Under the pieces are notes generated by a model. The model saw only the letters and a list, made by a program, of their open reading frames with translations, was not told where the DNA came from and ran no database searches. DNA of 64,000 bases from the NCBI GenBank assembly GCA_965649825.1, contig OZ287709.1, forward strand, positions 310,001 through 374,000, given 5' to 3'. The DNA comes from Penicillus capitatus. Taxonomy: Eukaryota > Plantae > Chlorophyta. Shown here piece by piece: positions 13,033-25,013 of this stretch; position 1 is the first letter of the stretch, and each line of letters begins with the position of its first letter. The position numbers and the translations under genes are program-made.

Positions 13033-13900
13033 ATGTATGATGACTGTGTCGTAACAAATCCTCCTAATGACGATAAAAAGATACTCCGCGGTAGCGACGA
13101 TATAAGCGAAAGTCGACTCGGTCTTGGACACCATCACGGCAGTGGACCTCAAATACGAACAACGTATCTGTCTGAGCTGAGAAGAATGTGGCGTGTCTAC
13201 ACGGCAATCTACGTTGCCCTTCTGAGTCCTTTTAACTTCGGTAGGGACTTCGCCAAAGATCTTTTGTTCTGGGTTTCGTGTGGCTGCGTTCGCAGACGTC
13301 GCACTCGCCATCGTCGACTCGATGCTCGAAAAGATGCGAGAGGGTTTGATGTCCGAGAAAACGTTCGTCGTGCTGCGGGGTCACCTGTCTTATGCGTCGG
13401 TGCCGCGCTCGGCGGACACGTAGCTGGGCCATTCTAAAAAGTGAGGGCAAATTCGCTCTTCATCTTATCCGGCTTGCCGTGTGCGTTTGGCAACATTCTC
13501 GACGGCTTTACAGCAGACAGCAAGTTCTGGTGAGGATGACCGTTCGATGGCTAAGTTGCTGGCATGCTGTCCATTTAACGCGTCTTGACGGGATTTGTTT
13601 CGGGCCACATGCTGGTCGAGTCGCCAAAGTACGGCGTCGCAGAAGACACTCTTTGTTTTTTGTATTTTCGTGGCTAGGTAGCTAGGCTGTCTCGCCTCTA
13701 GACATATGAGGAAGGATCGAAGCTTTCTCTGGGGGTACGCCTTCTCTCATTTTATCTCACTCTTCTCATCTATCGTTACAGTTGGCCCAGACTATTGGCG
13801 CTTTCATGGGGGTTTTGCTGTTAGGCATTCCGTACGAGTTCGAATTTCGGTGAACCTTCACCACTGCAACACTTTGATATAAGTGTCGCCAAGATTTACT
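13033..13900 (+). pseudogene. Decayed tandem duplicate of the upstream sugar transporter
   Basis: VALLSPFNFG| (vs VALLGPFNFG|), GAALGGHVAGPF* (vs GAVIGGFFVGPFE), PFDG*VAGMLSI*RVLTGFVSGHMLVESPK| and LLGIPYEFEF. Intron positions match the intact copy. Frameshifts and at least five in-frame stops. Confidence 0.85.
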
Positions 13901-14199
13901 ATGGCGATGTGACTGTCTCGTTGTTGAAGGGGCGCGTTTGTGTTGAGACGCTTGTTGTCACGTCAGAGGCGTTTCTGTTCTGTGAAGGGGTCTATTTCTC
14001 TGGTTCTGCAACGCGCTGACTCATTTGCCTAGAAATTCTTTTCATCATGCGCAGAATTATTCAGCGATTCGAACCATTCCAGACCTTGCTCCGATCATTT
14101 GTAAGAAGTCTTCCGCTGTTCTACGTTTTCTGCTCGGCCGACCGGCGACAGTTTTTTTAACAGCGGAAGACTTCCTTACAGTAATCGAAGCAAGGTCTT

Positions 14200-16350
14200 G
14201 GGCGGTTCAACTTGTCCATTATATATTCGCGCGGTGACGCGACTTCCAAGACAGATGACTCAGCGCCCCCTCAGAACCAGAGAAAAAGGACCCCTAGTGG
14301 GTCAACATGCCAATTGACAAGACAGTCAGTGTCCCAAAACAAGGTGCACCCTTCCTGCACAAGACAGTCACATCGCCATGGAAATCTTAGCGACAATAAG
14401 TTTCTGACAGATGCTATTATCTGTTGATCACGACGCAGCAGTCGACATCTGAACTGTTCATGAAGAAACCCCCGAGATCTGCACAACATCCGACGAAGGT
14501 CTGCCAATAGAAATTACTATTCCTTGGATCCGTTTTGATTTTTTTCTATACTAGGAACCTCATTCAAAAAGGATGACAAAGCTCAAACAAGTGACACTAG
14601 GCTGCCGTTATATTTGAGGATACGTACAATCTAAAAAACACAAACAACAGTGGAGTGAATACAACACTATTCGGTGAGTTTGTTTTTTATTATCACTGAG
14701 ATGTATTTGTCGCACTAAAGAGGCACCAACTGCCACGATGCGACCGGTGTGCCTTGGATTCAATCACCGAACATACGGGCATGTTTCCGAAGAACTAACC
14801 TTTAAAATTTACTCTGCGACATCAAAGAATGAGGGAAAACGCAAAATTCGTAAGATCGCTTGCATTCCCGTAGATACTGTATAATTCATCTTTCTTTACT
14901 GCAGAACTTTCCTCTCAGTATGTTAACGTTTCCGTTGAACGTTGAAGCGCTGTACAAAGCCGACAGCATCATATGCGAGAACCAGGGTACGGAAAACAAA
15001 ACCATTGTCATGCGACAGTGCGAGTGGAACGTAAGGTATCATACAAAATCGAGCGTTATTCTGATTTTTGTTTGTAAGATAATCATTCATGCGGAAGACG
15101 GTTCTTCGGGGAGCTCAAATAGCTTACGACGACGACGATCATCGCAGCTGTTACGCCCCTCGCCGCGCTTTAGAGATCAACAGCGGAACACTTTTGAATC
15201 TTGCAGAGCAGATTTGTTTCAAGGTTCAGAAACACTGATTTTTATTATCAGTTTGATGGAAGTTTAAGACAAGTGACTCATCGGGCTTTCAAAGCCAGAG
15301 AAATACGCCTCTTAAAAGTCGCGAACCCTTACTAAGCGCTTCTTGGAAGACAGGACCCCTGGAAAACAAGACAGTCCGCAAGCAAATACGATCTGACAGG
15401 CCAGATTAAAGAGAGTGATCAAAGCGAGAGCGTAACAGCAGCTTTGGTTAGTGTCAACATTGCCCATCGCTTCTGCGCGTTTCAAGACGGATTAACGACC
15501 CGAGGACAAAACCTTTACAAAGGGTCTGGAAACTTCGAGGTTCGAAAACGACGATCGAATAGCATAGTCCAACCCATCAACTTCAATTTAATCATGATAT
15601 CGAAGGTTCTGGATGGTTCTGGCCCCCATCGATCCCATCTGTCTCATCTACGCCGCTCACAGTTGGATTCATCCATCTAGCGTTTGTTCCAGCCTTGTCA
15701 CGGAACGTGCTGAAACGCGCACGACGGCGAAGGCACATCGTTTACAAAGTCTGTATGTTCATTTGAGGTCTGGAATGCAGACATGGGAGAACGAACTAAC
15801 CATCCACATTGAGCGTTCTCGGCCATTCCTTGGACAGCTGCACGAAGGTGGACATCTGCGACAGTGACAGTGACAGCGTTGATGAGGCGAGCCATTACTG
15901 TACGTTGTGTCCTGTTTGTTGGGCGAGGGGATGCCCCTGTCGCTCGGGCGACTCACGAGGCGCCTTGGTGGGATTTGAACCACTCCTTTTGGGAAGATCC
16001 CAAGCGTGCTAACCACTATACCGCGAGGGCAATGCTGTGACAGATACACCACTTCTTCATGCCAAGCCCATCTTCTTGAAAAATACGAAGAAAAGACAGA
16101 GGGGGAGCTGAGAAGTGCCATGAATGATACAGCGATGAATGAAACACTCAACTTAGTCGTAGCACAGCATAGCTCCGGACACCATCACCAATCCTGATTG
16201 CACTGGGATTGTCTCGCAACTCTCTAAGCAACTCGGTGTCAAACATCCAAGGGCGAGGAAGGTCGTTGACAACCTTGATGAGAAGGAAGCTGGCGCATTG
16301 AGGCATAAACAAGAAGAAAGCAAGCAAGCAAGCATCACAAGCACTTGACG
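14200..16350 (+). pseudogene. Possible degenerate HORMA-domain meiotic axis gene (HOP1/ASY1-like)
   Basis: Collinear short fragments SIIYSRG, ICTTSDEGLPIE, ENKTIVMR, AYDDDD..CYAP, KVQKH*FLLSV and LSKQLGVKHPRARKVVDNL resemble successive ASY1/HOP1 segments, broken by stops and frameshifts. Confidence 0.4.
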
Positions 16351-16581
16351 GACTTGCACGAAGGAAGGGTCAACACCATATGACCTGTACGCACGAATGA
16401 TGTTTTTGGCCAAACTCGGTACGCGAACGATGCAAAGCGGCACAGATGTTAGCAAGAGCATGAGGTTGCTGAGCGACGTCGGTGCAAACAATGCCGAAGC
16501 ATTATCAAGTGCGCAGCTCCAGCGGCCGTTAAAAAGATTGCGTTCACATGTTGCCTTTCTCTTTTGGGAATTACATACAGT

Positions 16582-17351
16582 TCAAAATTTAGGAGTTTCT
16601 GAGAAGATATCGGCCACGTGGAGTGGCATCACCTCGATGGCATCGTCGCACATTTCCTCGTACTTTCGAAACCTCTCGATCATCCCGGCAACGATAAAAT
16701 TCACAACCACCATGTCAGGACTGTCCTTTCGAGACCCAAAGAATGCTCGAAATCTCCGTACCATCTTATCCTGCTCTGCATACCTCACACATGGCAAAAA
16801 TCTCGGACGCACTTTCGAGATGGGCAAATCATAGTTGATCACAATCTCCGTTTCGATGGGCCGATCCAAATCCGCCAATGCAGCATCCGTCGTGATCAGA
16901 ACAACACCTCCGGGCTGATCTACGTACACGCCAGCAATGGGCATACTCGAATGACACCACACAGTGCAGATCGCACTCTCATTGCCACGCTCATCCTCCA
17001 TCGCCACACTCTGTTTCCTGAATCGCTCTACCGCCCTTTGCTTTTCTTCCGATGTCATATCGGAGAACTGTCGGACAGAGATATCTCCGAAGGGTGATGG
17101 ACTGGAGGACACCCACCAGTGTGACCGTATGGTGTTGCTGCCCTGTCGCGACAGCACAGATGATATCATCTAAGGTGTCTCGTGTCTGACAGCACACGGC
17201 GAGTTGGCGTTTCTTGTTGGTACAGAACGCCTGAAGCAAATCGGTCAGTGTCGCCTACGGTGTCACACAATCGTTCATCTTTGGCGCCTATCGCGCACAG
17301 ACGTGCCAATTTGACGTCGACACTGCCCATTGCGACGTAGTACTGACGCAT
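16582..17351 (-). CDS. eIF4A-like protein retaining only the helicase C-terminal (RecA2) domain, resembling Arabidopsis At4g37020
   Basis: QYYVAM..VKL, AVCCQTRDTLDDI, VERFR, VLITTD, VINYDLP and VVNFIV...EVMPLHVADIF. No Walker A or DEAD motif. Confidence 0.75.
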
Positions 17352-17375
17352 CTCGAATGCCAAGACTGCAACGCC

Positions 17376-17887
17376 ATGTCTGACCTCCTTACCGCTCTGC
17401 AACAGCAGGTGACACTCTCCCGATCTCAAAAACCTCGAACACGTGCGTCTGGACAGATTGAAGCACTCTCTGGAGCATTGTGTCAGATTCCTGGCAGTCT
17501 GTACATGAAATCCCAGACGGTGAGTGGGGACAGACTACAGAAATGCTGTCAGGACAGCGGGTGTGCGTCTAGGACGCAGAGAGTGGAGAGATTGATGTGC
17601 AGCGTGATGTGCCCGACATGGAGCCCATTTCTCGCAGACTCACTGTCCTCGTCGATGCCCTCCCAGATCTTGACCCTGCTTTTCTCAAAGAGCAGGAAGG
17701 TCACATCGTCGAGCTCTGGAAAAAGCGTGAGCAACTCGATGCCGAGATCCAATCCTCTCTAGCAGAGCTTCGGACGCTCCAGGCGCGACTGACAGAAGTT
17801 CACGAAGCGTTCGTCATCGGAGAGAAACGGGCACAGGAGACGGCGTCTTTAAAAAATGGAAACAGAGGAGACAGGGCGAGTCCCTAG
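17376..17887 (+). CDS. MED21: Mediator subunit 21-like (3 exons)
   Basis: [11 protein letters not shown]|IEAL...|...[10 protein letters not shown] followed by a coiled coil. Matches the MED21 pattern (D.LTQLQ; DVLIDSLP). Confidence 0.7.
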
Positions 17888-18818
17888 AGTTCTGCCATGA
17901 TATCGTCGGCACTGCTCAGTGTAAAGGCGCCGCCTTCCTCCAATCGAAGGACCTTGACTTCGCGATCCTCCACCAACATCGCGTAACGTCTCGATCGGAT
18001 GCCCAGTCCCCGATCCGTCAGATCCAGATCCACGCCGATGCTCTACAGCGTATTCTCTAGGAGAAGGAAATAAAAAGAGTGATGTCCAAAGTGTGACCTT
18101 CGTGAACAAGGCGCTTCCGTCGGCCAGCATCATGACTTTGCCTTCTGCGCCAACGGACTTCCCCCAGGCGTCCATAACGAAGGCGTCGTTCACGGAGATG
18201 CAGGCAATGGAATCGACTCCTGCTGCCTTGAGCTCATCAGCTTTTTCGATAAATCCCGGTAGATGCTTTAAACTGCACGTCGGTGTGAACGCTCCCGGAA
18301 CCGCAAAGAGAATGACCTGCCAGAAATATCCAGTCCGTCTGTCAACACACAGCAATGGCTGTCGCACCTTCTTTCCATCAAACAGTTTCTCCGTGGTGAT
18401 CTCCTTCATGTTTCCGTCCGCATCGAAAAAATTAAACTTGGCATCAGGGAGCTACATCTCACGACAAGGCACGTCGTCTCTCCGTGTGTGGAACAGAGAT
18501 CGCTCGCTGCACTTTGTCGCCCACAGCGATTGGCGTTGTCGCTTCTGCTCGGACAGCAGATGTCATCATATACCGCGTCTCTCGCGTTTTGGCACGTGTC
18601 GAGAGATTCAGTCGCGTCCCCACTGTCCAAACCTATCACGCCGTCGACAGGTCATTCCTTCACACATGGCAGGCAGGTATCACCGGAGGAGATGCGGGAA
18701 ACGCGTTTGATCCGACGGCGTTCGATGTCCGACAACCTGACGACACAGGGATTCGTGTCGAACCACGTGCAATGTGAGTTGCCGTCCGAGTTAAACAACG
18801 CGACAAGGAGGGCATCAT
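17884..18818 (-). CDS. Type II peroxiredoxin (PrxIIE/PRX5-like) with a predicted transit peptide
   Basis: [41 protein letters not shown] and [11 protein letters not shown]. The start at 18818 is inferred. Confidence 0.9.
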
Positions 18819-18907
18819 CTGCAAGCAATCTGATCTCACGTGTTCGTTATTCGCAATTATGTCGTCACAATCGAAGTCTGCCCTTACGCTCGTCCATATC
18901 ATCCCAT

Positions 18908-20398
18908 TCAAGCTCCCGTCACACAGCCACCGCGATTATGGAAGGTTGCCGTGTCAAGGACATTGCCAGTCATGGCTTCAATGAAAGAGAATTCCATTTT
19001 GCTGTGATCGCGCACAACAAATTTACCAAATCCCCATACCGACTCCAACGCCATGTCATCGAAATCGAAATCTTCGCGCTCGACCGGATCAATCTCGTGA
19101 CCTGCTGTTCCTATCACCATCGATACCAGTCCTTCACCCGGCGGTACACAACGTCCGTTTCTGGCCTCGCAGAGACGATAGTAGAGATGCACGTGACCCG
19201 CAATATAAGTATCAACGTGATGTCGAATGAGAATGTCTTCCAGGTGGTCGCGCAGACCTAGACCGGTGATGAAATCTTTGGTGTCTCTCTTTGGAGCGTA
19301 GAGCGGCCGATGACCCGTTGCCACGATGAAGGGCGTTACGCATCGATCCACCGCGGCGAGATCTGCCTCCAACCAAGCGATCTGAGCGGAACCTGCTTCG
19401 ACGCTGTGTTCCGTCGAAAGCGTCACAAAATGAACGAGTCCTTGATCAAAGGCATGGTAGAACGGAGGAAATGCTTCGCCGTGCGGTGGAACGGGGAGAT
19501 GGGCATTTGGTGAATGCACGTTGACGGGGGTAAAGGTCTGACCGAACGGAAATCGCCAGTAGACGTGCAATCCGCACTCTCCGTGCGCATCGCCCTCCTG
19601 CATCGTGCCCCAGCTGGGCTGATAGGGCGGCAGTCCCCATGGATCGACCCGTGCCGTTTCATCCAGATCGTATTCGTGGTTGCCAACTCCGGCCACCCAC
19701 AAAAACTGACTCGTGAATGGCTCGATGACGTTCATGAACGCCTCCCAGATGTAGGGATTACCATTGGCGTAAGAGATGTCTCCTACGTCCAACATGACGT
19801 CGGGTACTCCCTTCTTTATCTCATCCAACATGGCCGACTGGACAATCTGCGCCCCCACATACTTGGCACTGTTGCCCAGCGTGACCCCCATGTCTCCCGC
19901 AACGAAAAAGACAAAGGGCGTCGTGTCTCCCTTCGGTTTGGATGCCGTGAAAGTGAATCGCCGAGGATCGTTGGGCAATTGGTAAGAATGCTGTACGTTT
20001 GGGACGAGACCCGTTAACACAGCCGTGTGCAAATGCAGGTCTAGTTTATGCTTTGCTGCCCTGTCGCCGCACAGCATATCGAAATCGCCATGGTATCCGA
20101 TGCCCGGCGTCTCACGGTCCAACATAGGTTCTTCGGCCAAACCGTAGAGCACGGAGGTCGGACAGTCCTTTCCTTGCGTTCTCCACGTTACACGCATCGT
20201 CGTGGGATCCTCTGTCACACCCAAATGCACTTCCTGAGGGACACAAGGACTGGCACGGAATGCCGGCATCATGATAGCCATGGGTGGCCATAGCAGCAAC
20301 AAAGTTCCGAAGAGGAAAAACGCAATGCGAACAAAGACCGCTCTCGTCCAGGTGCCGCTCTCGGCCTTGCGACTTTCCAATTTCGTCTTGGAAGACAT
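18908..20398 (-). CDS. Purple acid phosphatase / metallophosphoesterase (intronless)
   Basis: All five metal-ligand motifs present (GDMG, GDISY, GNHE, TGH, GHVH), plus an N-terminal hydrophobic anchor and an FN3-like domain. Confidence 0.93.
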   Translation of the reverse strand: MSSKTKLESRKAESGTWTRAVFVRIAFFLFGTLLLLWPPMAIMMPAFRASPCVPQEVHLGVTEDPTTMRVTWRTQGKDCPTSVLYGLAEEPMLDRETPGIGYHGDFDMLCGDRAAKHKLDLHLHTAVLTGLVPNVQHSYQLPNDPRRFTFTASKPKGDTTPFVFFVAGDMGVTLGNSAKYVGAQIVQSAMLDEIKKGVPDVMLDVGDISYANGNPYIWEAFMNVIEPFTSQFLWVAGVGNHEYDLDETARVDPWGLPPYQPSWGTMQEGDAHGECGLHVYWRFPFGQTFTPVNVHSPNAHLPVPPHGEAFPPFYHAFDQGLVHFVTLSTEHSVEAGSAQIAWLEADLAAVDRCVTPFIVATGHRPLYAPKRDTKDFITGLGLRDHLEDILIRHHVDTYIAGHVHLYYRLCEARNGRCVPPGEGLVSMVIGTAGHEIDPVEREDFDFDDMALESVWGFGKFVVRDHSKMEFSFIEAMTGNVLDTATFHNRGGCVTGA

Positions 20399-20517
20399 CG
20401 AATTGGAAAAGAAAAGTGAATTCGTGGTACAGTGTCGTGCGCGAATAGTGGATCAGAAAGAATATGCTCTGTCTATCGTGTCCGCATCTGCGCGCTTCGA
20501 TCTTCAACAACCGTGAC

Positions 20518-21171
20518 ATGACGTTGAAGGGAGTGCCTCTTGCCGGTGGCGTCTCTGATTCCATCGGCGATGCGGCTTCATTTGGAGTCGTGACTGTCAG
20601 TGACCGTGCCCACGATGGCGTCTACGAAGACGCCAGTGGCCCCGCTATCGTGCACTTCTTTCAGGAAGCAATCGAATCACCCTGGACGGTGCATTACCGC
20701 CTGGTACCCGATATTCAGCCGGAAATCGAGTCCGCCCTGAAATCCCTGGTCGTTATTGTGTCTTACACCAAAAGTGATGTGACGTGAGATGTCTAGGTTG
20801 ACGAGATTGGATGTTGTTTTGTGGTCACGACGGGTGGGACGGGTCCTGCTCCGAGAGATGTCACTCCTGAAGCGACGGTTGCCGTGTGTGACCGTCTGAT
20901 TCCGGGATTCGGTGAACAGATGCGTGCGATCAGTCTTCGGTACGTCCCAACGGCCATTCTCTCACGCCAGACGGCAGGGAGTCGCGCTCAATCCCTCATT
21001 CTCAATCTCCCTGGACGTCCCCGTTCCATTCGAGAAACGCTCGACGAGATTTTCAAAGCAGTGCCTTACTGTATCGATCTCTTAGGCGGTCCTTATATCC
21101 AAACCATCTCTGCTGTCCTGGACGCTTACCGTCCACCAAACGCACGACGATCTTCTTCTGTCCAACCGTAA
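20518..21171 (+). CDS. CNX1G: Molybdopterin adenylyltransferase, stand-alone MogA-like G domain (1 intron)
   Basis: VTVSDRA...YEDASGP, TTGGTGPAPRDVTPEAT, GFGEQMR, LSRQTAG and ILNLPG. Confidence 0.92.
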
Positions 21172-21267
21172 TTTTGAGAATGCTTATTTTACAGCGAGAA
21201 TGCTTGATGTTCACATACAACAACGGATTTTTCTACAACGCATCGAGCTTTGTACAGCGCATCACAT

Positions 21268-21786
21268 CTACACGACAGACATGCGTGGGAAAGCACAGGT
21301 ATGGATGGTGGGCAGTACGTGTAGAAAGAGCTGAAGACCATTAGGGAGGTGCAAGGCTCTACCGAACCGCTGAGCGAAAATAACGCCATACAGATACTGA
21401 TGATTTAGTCTATCACCACACCACGTCCTGTCATGTACCACGGCAAGCGCGATCGTTATGTATAGCACCCACTTGTAGAGTTCTTTCCAACTGGGCGGTT
21501 GTGCCCAAAGAGGAGCCCCAAATTTATCGCAGCATAGTTTTTTCCAGACAGCATCGTCGGAGCTGACGATTCTGAAAGATTTCTCTTAAGTACAGAGTCA
21601 AGAGTGATAAGTGACATACCGGCAGAATCGATTCACCGCTTCTAGACTGCAGAGGTCTCGCGCCGAGTCGAGTTTCAACGCAATGAGGAAGAGCAATGCC
21701 TCAGGTAGTGCTTCGAACGTCGCCCTGTCGTGCGCTGTCGTTGTCGGAAGCGGCACGATCGCTCGTTGCAACGCAGTCTGCGCCAT
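21268..21786 (-). CDS. Small F-box protein (3 exons)
   Basis: FEALPEALLFLIALKLDSARDLCSLEAVNRFCR|IVSSDDAVWKKLC...SWKELYK. Confidence 0.75.
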
Positions 21787-21885
21787 GAGGGTCAATCGAG
21801 GTCGGGACGCTTTGGGGGCAAGACGAGGGAAGCCGTTTATGTGATGCCAGTCGTTACGACCAACGCACTCGAAAATTGATGATAC

Positions 21886-22445
21886 ATGCCGATTGGCGGT
21901 AAACTCACGCTGAAGGGCACGTCTCGAACGCCATCGCATAGAACCCTCCATTCTCACACGTGTGACAACAGGTGGCGCTTCGTTGAAAGGAGTGACGAAG
22001 CGCAAGAAGAAAAAGAAGAAATCGAAGGACAGCGAAAACACAGATACCATTGAGAAAACAACAGGTGAAGGATAGATGCCAGGTAGAAATGTGTGATAAG
22101 TGTGAGATTCTTAGTAAAGGGGATCAATCCCACGTCCGTTTCAGTCCAGAGCGGCAAGACATACGAAGAGGAATTCGACATCGAGACTCGACGCGCTCAG
22201 GTTATCATGGATCACACTTGTCACTCAATGGCGTCATGTGATGATGGTGTAGATAGGCAAAGGGAGAAGCACACCATGGGGGACGTCCTTCACCAAGCCG
22301 CCCAAGATTCTACACGGTCTGGCCGTCACATCATTTCCTTGAGTCCACGTTCGCTACAGGGTACGATCGAGAGATCGAAGGCGATACGGCCGAGAAGCGA
22401 TTGGACATCCGCTGTGCACAGCGAACCGATAAGTTCTGTAAATAA
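21886..22445 (+). CDS. Small basic, probably nuclear, protein (4 exons; first intron GC-AG)
   Basis: Spliced product MPIGGKLTLKGGASLKGVTKRKKKKKK...GKTYEEEF...STPWG...ILHGYDREIEGDTAEKRLDIRCAQRTDKFCK. Phases are consistent across three introns. Confidence 0.75.
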
Positions 22446-22638
22446 TCACCAACAGATGTCTCCATCAACAACATCGTGACACCACCGACCAAGTGCATTC
22501 TTGCCGCGGCTTTGCGCCAACGCCAGTACAAATTGGATTGTTTCTCAGTCTTGCGTTCGAGTGGTTGTTTGTTCGGTTACATTGTTATCGTTACCGTGTT
22601 GTTTTGCCTCGTGCTCGAACGTCGTTTGTGTCACGACG

Positions 22639-25013
22639 ATGGTGACGGAACCGAAAGATGTGCTGACGCAACTTGCGTCGAGTGACGCCGAAGTGCAGTG
22701 CCACGCCGTGCGTTGCTTAAAGAACGAAATCATTGGCAATCTCAGCCGAAAGCAGTGTTTTATTGGATTGGGGGCTGTCCCGCGAATTGTCCGTATTCTT
22801 GCGTACCCTCAGGAGCAACGCCTCGCTGTTCAAGCAGCGGCGGCTTTAGGAAGCTTTGCTTATCAGAACGAAGAGGGTGTGGTTGCCATCGTCGAAAGGT
22901 ACGACCGGGTTTGCAGTCGATGACGCATCAAATACAGCGGTGTCTGCTTCTAGTGGCGGCGTGGCGCATTTACTGAAAGCACTGGCCAGTTCAGACAAAA
23001 AACTCGTGGAAGCAAGTGTGCGGTCACTCAAAATGATCTTCCAGGTATGGAGCATGCATGACATCACTCATCTTGCGTGCATGCATTCTATCCATGTGCG
23101 TGTTTGTATGTCCAGTCATCTATTTCGCCAAGGGATGTGATCTTCGTCCATCCGGCCTTTGATCGATTGGTAGAGTTTTTGGATATCAACGAAAAATCCT
23201 TTGCAGAAGATACGCTCATAATTTTTGCCAAATGCTGCCAGACCAAACAACACGTACGTCCATCGATCCGTCGCTGTTCCCACGGTCCTGACGAAGGGCC
23301 ATCCCTTGTGAACAGCAAGAGCTTCTGCTGAAATCGGGCGCTCTGCCAAAAATGATCAAACTTCTCTTTTCACCTGTCACGAGTATTCATGTAAGAAATC
23401 CATGCAGTATTAGATACGGCGAGATCTGAATGTGGGATGGCGATGGCAGTTAGCAGCCATGGAAGCATTGGACAAGTTTACGGCCCATCATATCGAAGTA
23501 TGCCAGAGTTTAGTGAAGCGAGATGACGTTGTGAAGACTCTGATGCGATTTCTCCGCGGCAGAAATATCCGTGTGCAGTACGCTGCCTGTTGTCTGCTGA
23601 GCAATCTCAGCGTCTCCGTCGATACGGGAGTACGTCGATCTCTTCTCTGCCTCCATCTTCAATAGCTGATGTGACAGTGTTGGTTCTCGAGTGAAGTGAC
23701 AGATGTGCTGGTGCGACTGTTGGAAGAGCCATCGCTGGTCTCGCGTGTTCCGGCAACACTTGCCAGTATTACCTGCCATCGATTGGAGCTCCAGGAGCTT
23801 GTCCACAAAGCAAACGGTTTCCGAAAACTCTGGACCTTTCTCACAATGGATGACGCTGAGAAAGACACGACTCTGTTGACCGGTATCGTCCAGGCGGTCG
23901 GGACCATGTGCCAATACCTGAAAGTCTGTCGTCGCGAGGTTTGTGCGTGCAGCTGCATCATAGATGTGTGAGAAATGACTGAGAGATGCTGTAGTTTGTG
24001 ACATCGCGTACCATCTGGCGGGTGTTATCGTTCATGGAATCGGAATCGCTCGAGCTACGACTGGCAACATCGCTGTGCTTCGAGACCATCGTGATGGAAA
24101 CGAACGAGGGCGCACGTTCCGTTCCTGTCACCCATTACTCGCAGGATCCCTCCATACGCCTAAAGGAATACGCATCCGTTGCCCTGACGATTCTTGTTTC
24201 CGAGCAAGAAGATCCGGAAGCTTATCTCCAAGAAACCTTGCAATTTCTCGTTCCCTATGCGCTGAGTCCGGAACCCAGTATCCGTTACAAGGCGATCTGG
24301 GGATTAGGTGATGTCATTCGGATGTGCTCCAATGAAAAGTGCAATCGATGGCTGCCCATTCTCAACGAACTCTTATGGAACTTCGTCCGCGAAATGGTGC
24401 AAGATGCATCGACCGAAGTTCAGGAAGAGGGATTGAGATTCCTCGAAGCGATGGTGCGTTGCAACATCGGCATCCAGGCAGCGATCGATTGGAGCAACGG
24501 AGAACTGCTCCCCCTCATCGCACAGAAAATCGACACGCCAAAGTCACATCACCGCCGCCGCCATCATCCACACTCCATCAAGCGTTGTGTGACGCAGGCC
24601 CAATCTCATGACGGTGACAACACTGGCTTTGAACATCGCCTCTTCTGTGGCGCATTCCGAAGTAGAGCATCAGACAGCAGTGATGGGATCGGGTGTGCCG
24701 CCCCGTCTGCTGGCATGTTTGGAGGAGCACTGTCCGGAGGCTGTCAAGAAAGCGGCCATCCACTGCGTTATTAACCTCACTTACAGAGACGTTCTCCCCT
24801 GGGGAGACGAAGACTACAGATCTGCGGATTGCAGAGCCAAGGTCTGTATGGCATGGCTCCTTAGCCTCCCTCTCCATTCCTCTCTCCTGTTCCCAGGCTC
24901 TCCTCGAATTGGGCATCGAAGAATCTTTGATGAAGTTAGAGAAAATAGGTGGATCGGAGTCACTGATGAAGCTCGTGAAAGATGCCAATGGCTTTCTTGG
25001 TCAGTTAGAGTAA
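22639..25013 (+). CDS. ARMC8: Armadillo-repeat protein ARMC8/GID5-like, copy 1
   Basis: LKNEIIGNLSRKQCFIGLGAVPRIVRIL, AAAALGSFAY, ARM repeats, and AAIHCVINL. The reconstructed exons stay in frame. Confidence 0.8.

Noticed and set aside
13400-13620. TAA/TAG reassignment to Gln (as in some ulvophytes) to rescue in-frame stops
   Set aside because: TGA stops and frameshifts occur in the same segment, intact genes end in TAA or TAG, and long ORFs contain none internally.
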